64,000 nt of DNA from IMG/VR virus record IMGVR_UViG_3300042882_001508. One strand, 5' to 3'. The notes beneath the pieces were generated by a model. It made no database searches. It was not told the origin of the DNA and saw nothing but the letters and a program-made list of their open reading frames with translations. The position numbers and the translations under genes are program-made. This DNA comes from a virus. Below are positions 28,600-38,543 of the stretch, one piece after another (position 1 is the stretch's first letter; each line of letters starts with the position of its first letter).

Positions 28600-30093
28600 A
28601 TGGAAAATTTCGAAAAAAATTTAGACAATATGATTTCGAAGATACTCAAAGAGGAAATCGAAACAAAAAGTAAAACTATATTGGAAAGACTCGAAGAGGG
28701 TGGTGAGTGGACTGAGATTGAAGTTGATGAAGCACTTCATGGTGGTCAAAAAAAATTAGACAAAAACAAAAACGGTAAAATTGATGCCGAGGATTTCAAA
28801 CTTTTGAGAAAAAAGAAATCTCATAAAAAAGAGATGGACGAATTTTTCTTCGAAGACGAAGCTATAGAAGATGCTGAAGAAGCTTCGCAACAAGAACCAA
28901 CTTATGTTGGTAAAGGTTTGGAGGAAGCTGAAACTGAAGAAGGAAATGCATTTACAGGTGCTTTAGCCGATGCTAAGAAAGAAGGAAAAAAAACATTCAA
29001 AGTTGGAGAAAAAACCTTTGACGTTAAAGAAGAAAGACATGATTTTGACGGAAGAAAAAGTGAAGTTATCGGGGTATATTCGAACATCGACAAACAAAGA
29101 AAAGAAATGGGTGAAAAGTGGGAAGGTGATGTTGAAGTAAAACAAACAGGTGAATATTCTGGCATGTCAATTGAGGAATTGAATGCGGCAATAAAAAAAT
29201 TGAAAACTAAAAACGACAAAGCTAAAGATGCGGGTAAAAAAGTCCCTCATGCGGACAGAACCAAAATGAGTCAACTTTATTTTGCTAAAAGAGCAAAACA
29301 AGGATGGAAAGGTAAAGGTAAAGCTGCGGTTAAGGAAAGTTTACAATTAAGTGAGGAAGAACTTATTGACTTGATTGAGACTATTGTTATGGAACAGAAA
29401 GTAAAAGACATTGCAGAAAAAAATAATATTACCAATAAAAAAGCTGAAGGTTTGAAAAAAACAGAGAAAGTTTTGAAAGCCGATAAGAAAGAAAATGATG
29501 ATTATGCTAAAGAGGTAGTAAAGAAAATGAAAGAGTATGTAAAAGCTGGTTCTGTCGGTGAATATAACGAATCTCCTGAGAGTTTTCCTCAAAGTAATTA
29601 CACTATGGGTAAAATGAAAGAGAAAACTATGAAGTATCATCCATCTCAAGCGGTGGACGAGTATATAGAGGCTTTTGCTTTCCCTGGTATGACAAATTTG
29701 GTTTATGATGAAATTAAACCTGATGAGAAAAAAATTGAAAAACATTTGAAGGGCGACAGTACTACAGGAAATGCTGTTAAAGATAAAGACGGAAAAGCTT
29801 TAGGTAATGTTGTTCCTAGTGAAGTCGGAGAAAGATTCATGAAGAATTTCGAGGATAACTTATATGGTGCAGAACAAATGAATGTTTCTTATAAAAGACA
29901 ACCACAACCAGTTGATGTTGGTGGAACAGATAAAATGGATGGTTCTTTGAAGAGTATAAGAAAAGGTTCTACCAAGAAGGCTGAAAAAATCATGAACCAA
30001 CTTGAGTCTTCTGAAGATAGAAAAGATGAAATTATAAAAGAAGAGATGAATAAGATGATGAATCTCATTACTTACAACAAAAAGACGCAGTAA
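28600..30093 (+). CDS. Lys/Glu-rich protein
   Basis: 497 aa with a strongly charged composition. A strong hairpin plus T-run terminator follows it. Confidence 0.45.
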   Translation: MENFEKNLDNMISKILKEEIETKSKTILERLEEGGEWTEIEVDEALHGGQKKLDKNKNGKIDAEDFKLLRKKKSHKKEMDEFFFEDEAIEDAEEASQQEPTYVGKGLEEAETEEGNAFTGALADAKKEGKKTFKVGEKTFDVKEERHDFDGRKSEVIGVYSNIDKQRKEMGEKWEGDVEVKQTGEYSGMSIEELNAAIKKLKTKNDKAKDAGKKVPHADRTKMSQLYFAKRAKQGWKGKGKAAVKESLQLSEEELIDLIETIVMEQKVKDIAEKNNITNKKAEGLKKTEKVLKADKKENDDYAKEVVKKMKEYVKAGSVGEYNESPESFPQSNYTMGKMKEKTMKYHPSQAVDEYIEAFAFPGMTNLVYDEIKPDEKKIEKHLKGDSTTGNAVKDKDGKALGNVVPSEVGERFMKNFEDNLYGAEQMNVSYKRQPQPVDVGGTDKMDGSLKSIRKGSTKKAEKIMNQLESSEDRKDEIIKEEMNKMMNLITYNKKTQ

Positions 30094-30122
30094 AAATTCA
30101 CAAATAGTGTTAAATTATTATA

Positions 30123-30157
30123 TTCTCCATAGATGAACTCTATGGAGAATTTTTTTA
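30123..30157 (+). terminator. Intrinsic terminator: 10 bp perfect stem, 7 nt loop, T7 run
   Basis: ttctccatag / atgaact / ctatggagaa followed by ttttttt. The loop contains the ATG of the next annotated ORF. Confidence 0.55.
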
Positions 30158-30600
30158 ATTGGGTTTCCAAACCTGTTCCAAAGGAAGAGGTTATTGTTTG
30201 GTTCAACATTAATAATATTAATTATGAAAAAGTTGAACTTTATGGTGATTTTTTTAAGTCCTTGAATATGAAAGTCACCGACACATTTTTCGAGGAAGAC
30301 CATCATGAAACAAAAATAAATCTATCAGAACAAAATAAAAAGGAACATTTTGAGTGGTGTTGGATAAAAACAATCGAAGACTTCTCTAAAGAAAATATTT
30401 TATTCAACACTGTTGGGGAACATAAAAATTATTTTGAAAAATTTTTTTTCGATACATTTTATAATCAGAATCAAAAGAATATAAAAGAAGCAATCCCAAG
30501 TTTTTTAGAAGAAGTTTTCAATTTGGATAAACCCTGTAGCAAATCTGATTTGGAGATTATTACCGAAATTTATAAATTAATGGAAAAAAATATAAAGTGA
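30133..30600 (+). CDS. Hypothetical protein
   Basis: The annotated ATG lies inside the loop of the upstream terminator hairpin. Confidence 0.35.
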   Translation: MNSMENFFNWVSKPVPKEEVIVWFNINNINYEKVELYGDFFKSLNMKVTDTFFEEDHHETKINLSEQNKKEHFEWCWIKTIEDFSKENILFNTVGEHKNYFEKFFFDTFYNQNQKNIKEAIPSFLEEVFNLDKPCSKSDLEIITEIYKLMEKNIK

Positions 30601-30679
30601 AAAAAAACCCTCTTTATATTGACAATATTCAGGAATTTTTTACTTTTACCCTCAAATAAACTACACAATTTTTTTAAAA

Positions 30680-30862
30680 ATGGAAACATTAGAGAAAATC
30701 AAAGAATTGACTGAACTCCTCTCTGTAGATGCAACAAAATTCTACAAAGGAAATAAAAGTGCTGGTACAAGAGCAAGAAAGTCTGCTCAAGAACTCAAAG
30801 CATTACTTCAGAAATTCAGAGCAGAAATTTTGGAACACAAAAAAACTGAACCTAATGCATAA
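30680..30862 (+). CDS. Histone H1/Hc1-like small DNA-binding protein of the Bacteroidetes type
   Basis: FYKGNKSAGTRARKSAQELKALLQKFRAEI matches the ~60 aa Bacteroidetes histone-H1-like family pattern (KF..KGNK.AGTRARKA.QE.K.L.QE.R). Confidence 0.5.
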   Translation: METLEKIKELTELLSVDATKFYKGNKSAGTRARKSAQELKALLQKFRAEILEHKKTEPNA

Positions 30863-31039
30863 TATAGAATCTGTATATTTTTTTATATTCATATTCTCAA
30901 TATTAGTATTATCAAATTTCTTAAGCAAATTTTTAAGAGCCCTGTTACTCCCAAATCCAAAACCATTTGTATTGAGTGACAGGGAGCTTATAATTTTATC
31001 TTGTTCAATTAGTTACTTTATCACATATTTAAATTTCAA

Positions 31040-31471
31040 ATGAACTTTTATCAAAATATTACACCTTTCATAGATTATCTTTTTTCAATAAGAAAATTGA
31101 AAGATTATATCAGTATCGACCTTTTGATACCAAACAAATGGTCAATTCCTAAAAGTCTTTCAGATTCTTCTGAAATAGTTCCGTTCAATTCTGAAACACC
31201 TGAGACAAAAGGAATATCTTTCGTTTGTTTATCTGAAGAAGCAAATCTAAATACCACTATTTCTAAGATAATAAAATTGATAACCCTTAATAAAGAAAAA
31301 GAATTGAAAGAACTTTTATTTAAGGAAACAATTGATACTCTTAAGAAAACATTTGAAAAAAATGACCTTGAAACCCTAAAGAGACTTTATTTCGATTTTG
31401 AAACTGACATAGAAAATTTAGATGAAAATGGAGACGACGCCTCAGAACCAACGACTCTTGAATTGGCTTGA
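31040..31471 (+). CDS. Hypothetical protein
   Basis: ORF. Confidence 0.35.
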   Translation: MNFYQNITPFIDYLFSIRKLKDYISIDLLIPNKWSIPKSLSDSSEIVPFNSETPETKGISFVCLSEEANLNTTISKIIKLITLNKEKELKELLFKETIDTLKKTFEKNDLETLKRLYFDFETDIENLDENGDDASEPTTLELA

Positions 31472-31585
31472 CAAAGAAAAAAAGAAAGACACCTTCAATG
31501 TTGAAGTCGAGAAAAAGAAGTTCATTGAGCAAATTAAAAAATTCAAAAAAGAGGACTTAATTAAAGTCCCCAAAAAACCTTCAAT

Positions 31586-31837
31586 ATGGCAGAGAATAAA
31601 AATAATGATTTGGGGACATTAGAAAAACTAGCACTTATTGCTGAGTCTGTTCAAACTTTATTCAGAGGAAAAGGAACAATAATTTTCGAGTTGGAAAAAG
31701 ATGAGTATGTTCCTGTGATATCACACTTTAGAGAAATAGACAGACACCACAAACAATTTTCAATAGAAATTTCTGGAACGGAATTTCATTTTGTTTTAGA
31801 TGAAAAAAACGAACCTAAAACTACCGAGGGTGAGTAG
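31586..31837 (+). CDS. Hypothetical protein
   Basis: ORF. Confidence 0.35.
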   Translation: MAENKNNDLGTLEKLALIAESVQTLFRGKGTIIFELEKDEYVPVISHFREIDRHHKQFSIEISGTEFHFVLDEKNEPKTTEGE

Positions 31838-32459
31838 TCGACTTACGGTAAAGAACTTTCTTATCAAATCCCTTTTCTGATAGTAAATTCAACAAATATT
31901 TTTTTTGAGCAGTTGAATTGTCTTTTACAACCAAACAATCCTTTTTGTTATTTTTTTGGAAGTGAATAGTGAGACAGTCCAAAAATCTATGGACTTCGCT
32001 CTCGTTTTTCAAACTGAAAAGTTTACTGTCATCATCATTTTGTACAACAACTTTATTATTCAAAGACGAAATCATTTTGAGTCCTGAACCTCTTAAATTT
32101 TTCTGAATGAATTCTTGAGTGGTTATTTTTTTGTTTTGACCAATGTCGAAAATTTTTTCTTCTTTTCTATATAAAGAAATTTCTGAAATGGTTTTTCCCG
32201 AGTTTTCTAATTTAACCTTTTTACTTCTACCCATTTCATCCGTTAAATAAACAGGAATAAGTTTACTATGGGAGTTCTCAACAATTGCAATCTCATATTT
32301 GCAACTTTTACCATTTTCTATAATAACTTCGAATATAACATCATTGGTTTCTTTTAGAACACTATCATAAAAGTTCTTTGCATTTTTAAAAGTAACAAAT
32401 TCCTTTAGAATTTTTTTTGATGTTTTATCCTTGAATAAGACTACGGAATAATTTACCAT
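31821..32459 (-). CDS. Hypothetical protein on the minus strand, divergent from DnaJ
   Basis: 212 aa minus-strand ORF. Its ATG lies 1 nt from the DnaJ ATG. Confidence 0.45.
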   Translation of the reverse strand: MVNYSVVLFKDKTSKKILKEFVTFKNAKNFYDSVLKETNDVIFEVIIENGKSCKYEIAIVENSHSKLIPVYLTDEMGRSKKVKLENSGKTISEISLYRKEEKIFDIGQNKKITTQEFIQKNLRGSGLKMISSLNNKVVVQNDDDSKLFSLKNESEVHRFLDCLTIHFQKNNKKDCLVVKDNSTAQKKYLLNLLSEKGFDKKVLYRKSTTHPR

Positions 32460-32460
32460 A

Positions 32461-33378
32461 ATGAAAGATTACTATAAAATATTAGAAGTTGAAGAGAATG
32501 CGACTGATGACGAAATCAAAAAAAGTTTTAGAAATCTGTCCAAAAGATATCATCCCGATTTAAATCCCGAAGGGGCTGAAAAATTTAAAGAAATTAATGA
32601 GGCTTATGAGGTTCTTGGGGACCAACAAAAAAGGTCAAACTACAACAACCAAAAAAACAATCCCTATGGTGGTACACCTTTCGAAGCAATTTTTTCTCAA
32701 ATGTTTGGAAACAGAGGTCCCAACCAACCAAGAAGAAAGCAAGCACCCGATAAGATTGTAAAAGTCAGTGTTTCACCAATTGAGTCATATCGAGGCTCTC
32801 AAAAAAATATAATGTATTTCAGAGACACTCATTGTGCTACTTGTAACGGTACAGGGGGTGACCAAAGAATTTGTAATACTTGTGAGGGAAGTGGTTTTAT
32901 AATAAAAACTTTTGGAACAGGTTTTATGGTTCAACAAATAAGAACCGCATGTCCTTCTTGTCAGGGAAAGGGATATAATTTAATTTCAAGGTGTTATGAC
33001 TGTCAAGGAAGAGGAACAAAATCATCCAAAAATGAAATTTCAATAAATCTACCTGTTGGGGTTGATAATGGTCAGTTTGTTAAAATTCCTAACGTGGGAG
33101 ATTTCAAAAGTGGAGACTATGGAGATTTGATTTTACAAATTGAACTTGAACCAAAAGATGGTTTCGAAAAGATTAATAGTGATTTGGTTTACACTTTATA
33201 TTTGGATTTGAATGGGATAAATTCCGACAAATATAAAATCCCTCATCCCGACGGGGAACTTCAAATTCCGGCACCCAAATCCTTTGATACCTCCAAACCA
33301 CTCAGACTGAGAGGTAAGGGATATAGTGGAGGGGATATGTATGTTAAATTACAAGTAAAGTTTGAAAGAACTAATTAA
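32461..33378 (+). CDS. dnaJ: DnaJ-like co-chaperone with a J domain and a CxxCxGxG zinc-finger domain
   Basis: J domain DYYKILEVEENATDDEIKKSFRNLSKRYHPDLN carries the HPD motif. Four CxxCxGxG repeats follow (CATCNGTGG, CNTCEGSGF, CPSCQGKGY, CYDCQGRGT). Confidence 0.75.
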   Translation: MKDYYKILEVEENATDDEIKKSFRNLSKRYHPDLNPEGAEKFKEINEAYEVLGDQQKRSNYNNQKNNPYGGTPFEAIFSQMFGNRGPNQPRRKQAPDKIVKVSVSPIESYRGSQKNIMYFRDTHCATCNGTGGDQRICNTCEGSGFIIKTFGTGFMVQQIRTACPSCQGKGYNLISRCYDCQGRGTKSSKNEISINLPVGVDNGQFVKIPNVGDFKSGDYGDLILQIELEPKDGFEKINSDLVYTLYLDLNGINSDKYKIPHPDGELQIPAPKSFDTSKPLRLRGKGYSGGDMYVKLQVKFERTN

Positions 33379-33467
33379 AAAAATCTATCAAAAGTTTTAC
33401 AATATAGTATATTCCGAAAACAGAGAGGGAAAATAAAAGCATTCCTGAAAATAAAATTCTGTTTTTA

Positions 33468-33704
33468 ATGGTCGACATTTTTAATTTCTTACAACTATTG
33501 CATCCTTTTTTTTCCATGATATTTATAAATATGATTTCTGAACAATTAATAAGAAGAGTAATTCATCAATTCGTGGAAGAAAAGGAAAAAAAATTTAAGA
33601 AACCAAGAAAGTATAGTAAATCCTATTGTAAATCCACAGCATGTTCTGAAATGGGTTTTACACAAAAAGCTTCTTGTAGACCCTACAAAAATTGTTACAA
33701 ATAG
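33468..33704 (+). CDS. Small basic Cys-containing protein
   Basis: ORF with a KKFKKPRKYSKSYCKSTAC segment. Confidence 0.3.
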   Translation: MVDIFNFLQLLHPFFSMIFINMISEQLIRRVIHQFVEEKEKKFKKPRKYSKSYCKSTACSEMGFTQKASCRPYKNCYK

Positions 33705-33741
33705 ATTTGCTTTTTGAGTTTTTTTGTGTTATATTTTATTC

Positions 33742-34581
33742 ATGTTAAGTTATATTGGTGGTAAATCCAAAATAGGTAAGTGGATTGTACCTTATTATCT
33801 TGAAGACATGGAAACATATGTCGAAACATTTGGAGGTATGTTTTGGTGTTACTTCAACATGGACCTATCAAAATTCGAAAATCTAAAAAGAGTTGTTTAC
33901 AATGATTTCAACCCTTTGAATTACAATTTATTTAGATGTGTTCAAAACCCTTCTAAATTACAAAGACACTTAGATAATATACCTGTGCAAGAATTCGGTG
34001 TTTCACCTACCGACCAAATTTATAAGATTAGATTTCAGGAGTTTCAAACAGAACTATTTTCGTCTGGTCTCACGATAAATTATCCTGATTATACGATTGC
34101 TGCAAAGTATGTTTATGTTGTGACACAAGTCTTCAGTGGTAGTAAACCTGAAAGTTCAAGTTTTATTGATTTGAAGGGGAAATACCGTTCTAAATATTTG
34201 GCTTTCAGAGACAAACTTTCCAATCCAAAATGGGTTGACCATTTCAGTAAAATTACTCACGTTGAAAATCTTGATTTCCAGCAGGTAATTGAAAAATACG
34301 ACTCCCCTTCAACTTACATTTATTTAGACCCTCCCTATTGGAAAACCGAAAATTATTATTCTAATCACGATTTCGATAGAAATGACCATGAAAGACTCGC
34401 TCAAAATTTGAGGTGTATACAAGGAAAATTTTCTCTATCATATTATGATTTCCCTTTATTACACGACTGGTTTCCTGAAGATAGATTTAGATGGGAAAAA
34501 AAACAATTTGCAAAAGCGGCTTCGGCAAAAAAAGGTGTAAAACAAAATTTAGGGGAAGAGCTTTTGATATTAAATTATTAG
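33742..34581 (+). CDS. Dam-family (D12 class) N6-adenine DNA methyltransferase
   Basis: N-terminal SYIGGKSK (Dam Y.GGK motif) and the catalytic DPPYW. Start revised to MLSYIGGK. Confidence 0.6.
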   Translation: MLSYIGGKSKIGKWIVPYYLEDMETYVETFGGMFWCYFNMDLSKFENLKRVVYNDFNPLNYNLFRCVQNPSKLQRHLDNIPVQEFGVSPTDQIYKIRFQEFQTELFSSGLTINYPDYTIAAKYVYVVTQVFSGSKPESSSFIDLKGKYRSKYLAFRDKLSNPKWVDHFSKITHVENLDFQQVIEKYDSPSTYIYLDPPYWKTENYYSNHDFDRNDHERLAQNLRCIQGKFSLSYYDFPLLHDWFPEDRFRWEKKQFAKAASAKKGVKQNLGEELLILNY

Positions 34582-34615
34582 TTATTTTTGTTGTTCCATT
34601 ATATTTATTATTAAA

Positions 34616-35947
34616 TTGTTTTCAATGAAATTCACATCGTTGTTGAAAAAACTTATTGTTGAGGCATCCGCTTATGAAATAAAGCTGGCCCAAAACACAA
34701 AATCTGGTCCTGCGAAAGATGGTAAAAAGAAAAAACCAAAGATGAGTAAAGAGGTTTTTGACCTCCTTGTTCAAGCTGACCCAACAACTCGTCTTAACGA
34801 TGTTGATTTACAAACAAAGGATGAAAAAGAACTTGGTAAAGTAAAAGCGGGTAAATATGTAGATTGGATTATTCAATCTTATTTGAAAGTTCCAACAGAG
34901 GTACAACCCGACCATCCCAATTATGAGAAAGAGTTGAAAGTAATGAGAGAAAGGTTTTTGGAAGACCTTTATAAGGTTACTGATGACTTGAAGAAATTTG
35001 ATAGATTTAAAGGAAGATTACCATTAGAACAAAGACAAATACAAAAACTTACTCCTGAACAATTATATCATGCGGTCAAGGATTTTGACCTTACAATGGT
35101 CACAACATCTAAAGCAGAAAGAAAATCTGCACCTGTTCATCCTGGTGGTAAACTTATCTTTGATTCTCCTAACTTACGAGTAATCGAGATAACAGACAAA
35201 GGACCCACGGGTAAGGAAGCGGCTTGTTTTTATGGTGGAAACAATAAGGAAACTAGATGGTGTACATCTGCACCTGGTTTGAGCCACTTTGATTACTATA
35301 TTGGTAAGGGGCCTTTATACGTTATATTCGACCCTAGTGACCCTAATGTGGCACCAACCACAGGGTTACCTGTTGAGAGATATCAGCTTAACTTTGAGAC
35401 TGATTCTTACATGGACAGACATGACTCAAGAATAGATATTATTGAGAAACTCAACGGACCTTGGAAAGAATTGAAACCATTATTCAAATCTAAGTTTGCG
35501 AAAGGACTTACTGAAGCTGGTGGAACAACACTCAGAATTAATGGATTTAGCAGTGGTAACGTTGGAAAATTTGTTGCCCTTTATGGTCTTGAAGAACTTA
35601 TCAATTCACAACCTGATACTTTAGAGGAGTTACAAATCAGAAATAACGAAAAAAATGGAATGACAATTGAAATTCCAAGTTCAATTAAAAGGTTTAAAAA
35701 TCTTCAATTGATTTTATTTGATAATTGTGTTGAAACTATACCTGACGCCATTTGTGAATTGGATAATTTAAATTTCCTTTCATTGATGAACAACCCTAAA
35801 TTGAAAACAGTTCCTGAGTGTATTGCGGATATGCCGAATTTGATGTTCCTTAATACAAAAGGGAGTGAAAACCTTGTAGTTCCTGAAAAAATTAGGGACA
35901 GGGCTAAATCAAAATTGGGTAATTACATGTATGATTTTCAACCTTAA
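34616..35947 (+). CDS. Protein with a WCTS-motif domain and C-terminal leucine-rich repeats
   Basis: The C-terminus has LRR units (IPSSIKRFKNLQLILFDNCVETIPDAICELDNLNFLSLMNNPKLKTVPECIADMPNLMFL). The central domain (ACFYGGNNKETRWCTSAPGLSHFDYYIGKGPLYVIFD) is shared with the protein at 50242..51984. Confidence 0.45.
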   Translation: MFSMKFTSLLKKLIVEASAYEIKLAQNTKSGPAKDGKKKKPKMSKEVFDLLVQADPTTRLNDVDLQTKDEKELGKVKAGKYVDWIIQSYLKVPTEVQPDHPNYEKELKVMRERFLEDLYKVTDDLKKFDRFKGRLPLEQRQIQKLTPEQLYHAVKDFDLTMVTTSKAERKSAPVHPGGKLIFDSPNLRVIEITDKGPTGKEAACFYGGNNKETRWCTSAPGLSHFDYYIGKGPLYVIFDPSDPNVAPTTGLPVERYQLNFETDSYMDRHDSRIDIIEKLNGPWKELKPLFKSKFAKGLTEAGGTTLRINGFSSGNVGKFVALYGLEELINSQPDTLEELQIRNNEKNGMTIEIPSSIKRFKNLQLILFDNCVETIPDAICELDNLNFLSLMNNPKLKTVPECIADMPNLMFLNTKGSENLVVPEKIRDRAKSKLGNYMYDFQP

Positions 35948-35957
35948 AATTTAATTT

Positions 35958-36239
35958 ATGAATGTTGATTTAGAAATTTATATCAACAATCTCACAAAAT
36001 TTTTTAAGAAAAACCCTAAGGAGTTAATGTCTTTGGTTCCCAAAGAAAAAGAAAAAGAATTATTAAGTCGTATTAGACAACGTGCCGCTCGAAATATCGA
36101 AGAGGGCCTCAATCTTGTTTTAACACAAAAACAAATAATAGAAATTTGTGTTGATATAAATCAAGATAGGCCTAAAGAACTTGATATTGAATCCAAAATT
36201 TTTCAAAACACACCTTTTGGTACTATCTGTTTGAATTGA
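35958..36239 (+). CDS. Hypothetical protein
   Basis: ORF. Confidence 0.3.
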   Translation: MNVDLEIYINNLTKFFKKNPKELMSLVPKEKEKELLSRIRQRAARNIEEGLNLVLTQKQIIEICVDINQDRPKELDIESKIFQNTPFGTICLN

Positions 36240-36272
36240 GGTTATTTTTCATTTTTTTCTTATATTTGTGGT

Positions 36273-37898
36273 ATGAAAGAGACTATTCTTAAAAAAGAAG
36301 TCAAAGTTTATCGTACAGAAAAAATGTTTGACAAAACTGAACTTAATTCAGGGATGAGTGGCAATTCATTTTCAAAAAAACACCCTTATTTTCAGATTGA
36401 AACTATTTTTACAGACGAACAGAGCTTTGTCGAAAATTTCGCCAATTCATTGTGTAATGTATTTTTAGATTACCGAATGGTCGTGATAGAAAAGGATGCA
36501 GATAAAATTTCAATTAAACTTTTCCAAGGTTACAAAGCAAGAAGGGCGGGGGTTGTTTGGTTCAAAAAATCAAAAAATTGTGATTTTATATCTGTTAATT
36601 TGAAAACAGGAAATGTCTACAATGGGTGCATTCAAAATTATCACTTGAAAAAAAAGGTGATTAAAAAAATAAGTTGTAATACTTTTATAAGTCAAGTCGT
36701 AGAAAATTTCCAAATAAAATTGAAAAATTCTTTAACTCCGAACCCAGATTTTTATTTACAACCTTTGGAAGATTTCATCAATTTAATTGATGTGAGAAAT
36801 GATTTTAAGTTATCTCTCGGTCAAAGATTACTCAAATTTCATTTGGATAAAAAAGGTGTAAAGTACCCGAATAATTTTTATTTATTCAACGAGTATACTT
36901 TTGGTAAGGAATACAGAAAAATTCTTAAAAAGAATGACAATAAATTAATAGATTCTGTTATGGAATTATTGAAAATAAAGGGAAATAAATTAAAAAAAAC
37001 TTTACATCAAACAACACAAAAAATTAATCTCAACAATTACTTGACCGTAAAATCTTTGTTTGGAGAGGATTGGTTGAACCAAGATGAAAATATAATATAT
37101 CTACTAATCAATTCACAGAACAGTATAATGTCTGCGGATTTGTATAATACATATTTTTATTTGAATGCTACCAAAAAAGAAAAAAGAAACGCATTCGACC
37201 TATTAAAAGATTCTTTGATAAATTTTTCAACTGATGTATATTCACTTTCCGACCACTTCAGATTTTGGGTTGAGCTGAAAAGATACGGTGATACAGAGAT
37301 AGTTTGGAAGTCCGATGGAAAAAATGAAAAATTCTTCAGGGAAGAACACTTAGATTGGGCTGACAAATTGGAACACTACAAAAGAGGACACTACGAGAGG
37401 ATTTATCCCGATATATTCAATGAAACTATTAAGACCATTGAATATGAAGGTGTAAAATATTTTCCTGTAGTTCTAATGAATTCAACGGATTATAATAATG
37501 AAAGTGCGATGCAATCGAATTGTGTAAAGGGGTACATAGGTAGATGTTCTTCCTTGATAATCTCTCTCAGGAAAGGAAATGAAGATTCAGAGGACAGACT
37601 GACAGTCGAATATTCTGTAAGTAAATTACCCGATGTAAAATGGGTTGTTATAAAAAGAATTCAAACTCGTGCTAGATATAATTCCGAACCATCTTCGGAA
37701 TGGAACCAACCCTTACATTCTTTGGATTGTATGATGAATGAGATTGCACTTAGTCCAAAATTTGAACCTCACAAATTGATAAAGATTTGCTCAAACGGTG
37801 TTCAAATGGAATCAGATTCTCATTTTGACGAAAAAGGTTATTTAAAATGGTCTTATACTCCTATTGACCAATACGGATTTGACCCTTATTTTATCTGA
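36273..37898 (+). CDS. Hypothetical large protein (541 aa)
   Basis: Long ORF. No motif was recognised. Confidence 0.45.
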   Translation: MKETILKKEVKVYRTEKMFDKTELNSGMSGNSFSKKHPYFQIETIFTDEQSFVENFANSLCNVFLDYRMVVIEKDADKISIKLFQGYKARRAGVVWFKKSKNCDFISVNLKTGNVYNGCIQNYHLKKKVIKKISCNTFISQVVENFQIKLKNSLTPNPDFYLQPLEDFINLIDVRNDFKLSLGQRLLKFHLDKKGVKYPNNFYLFNEYTFGKEYRKILKKNDNKLIDSVMELLKIKGNKLKKTLHQTTQKINLNNYLTVKSLFGEDWLNQDENIIYLLINSQNSIMSADLYNTYFYLNATKKEKRNAFDLLKDSLINFSTDVYSLSDHFRFWVELKRYGDTEIVWKSDGKNEKFFREEHLDWADKLEHYKRGHYERIYPDIFNETIKTIEYEGVKYFPVVLMNSTDYNNESAMQSNCVKGYIGRCSSLIISLRKGNEDSEDRLTVEYSVSKLPDVKWVVIKRIQTRARYNSEPSSEWNQPLHSLDCMMNEIALSPKFEPHKLIKICSNGVQMESDSHFDEKGYLKWSYTPIDQYGFDPYFI

Positions 37899-38234
37899 GT
37901 GAAAAAACCTGAATTCATACAAAAAATCGAAGGTGAAAGAAAAACTTTTTCATCGTATGTTCTAAAAGATATGAAAATAACTTTTCCTAAGAACTTACAA
38001 GAAAAAAAATATTTTCCTGTCTATTCTGAAAGGATACATGAACAAGACGGTAAAACAGTACTTTTACGTTATATACTCAAATCTGCTCAGGGATTTTATC
38101 TATGTTTTGATAAATCCGTAGAAAACAATTCATATCAAATTACTATTTATTTTGAGGAGTCACAGGACACGGAATTACAATTTTTCATTAAAAATTTTCT
38201 TAAAACATTTAAAAATGATACAACTGACAACTGA
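37899..38234 (+). CDS. Hypothetical protein
   Basis: ORF. Confidence 0.35.
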   Translation: MKKPEFIQKIEGERKTFSSYVLKDMKITFPKNLQEKKYFPVYSERIHEQDGKTVLLRYILKSAQGFYLCFDKSVENNSYQITIYFEESQDTELQFFIKNFLKTFKNDTTDN

Positions 38235-38538
38235 AGAACTAAAACAAAAAATTAACAATGGTGAAAACTTCGTCTTGGATTTATATGCAACATGGTGTGG
38301 TCCTTGCAAAGTGATGTTAAGAAACTTGGAACAAGTGAATGAATCCTTGATAAAAGAATCAACAAATCAACCAAAATATAAAATTTATAAGTACGATATC
38401 GACACTGACAAAGAGTTTGTCGTATCTGAACTTGGAATTAGAAGTGTCCCAACGATAAAAATCTTCAAGGAGGGAAAAGAAGTTTTTTCAAGACCTGGCG
38501 TAATGATGCCAACTGAACTACTCACTTTATTAAATTAA
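38215..38538 (+). CDS. trx: Thioredoxin
   Basis: WCGPC active site in a ~105 aa protein. Start revised to MIQLTTEEL at 38215. Confidence 0.75.
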   Translation: MIQLTTEELKQKINNGENFVLDLYATWCGPCKVMLRNLEQVNESLIKESTNQPKYKIYKYDIDTDKEFVVSELGIRSVPTIKIFKEGKEVFSRPGVMMPTELLTLLN

Positions 38539-38543
38539 TTTGT

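Noticed and set aside
28902-29745. Minus-strand ORFs antisense to the K/E-rich gene (28902..29219, 28963..29145, 29347..29745).
   Set aside because: They are antisense artefacts of the AAR/GAR-rich coding strand and give Phe/Ser/Leu-rich translations.
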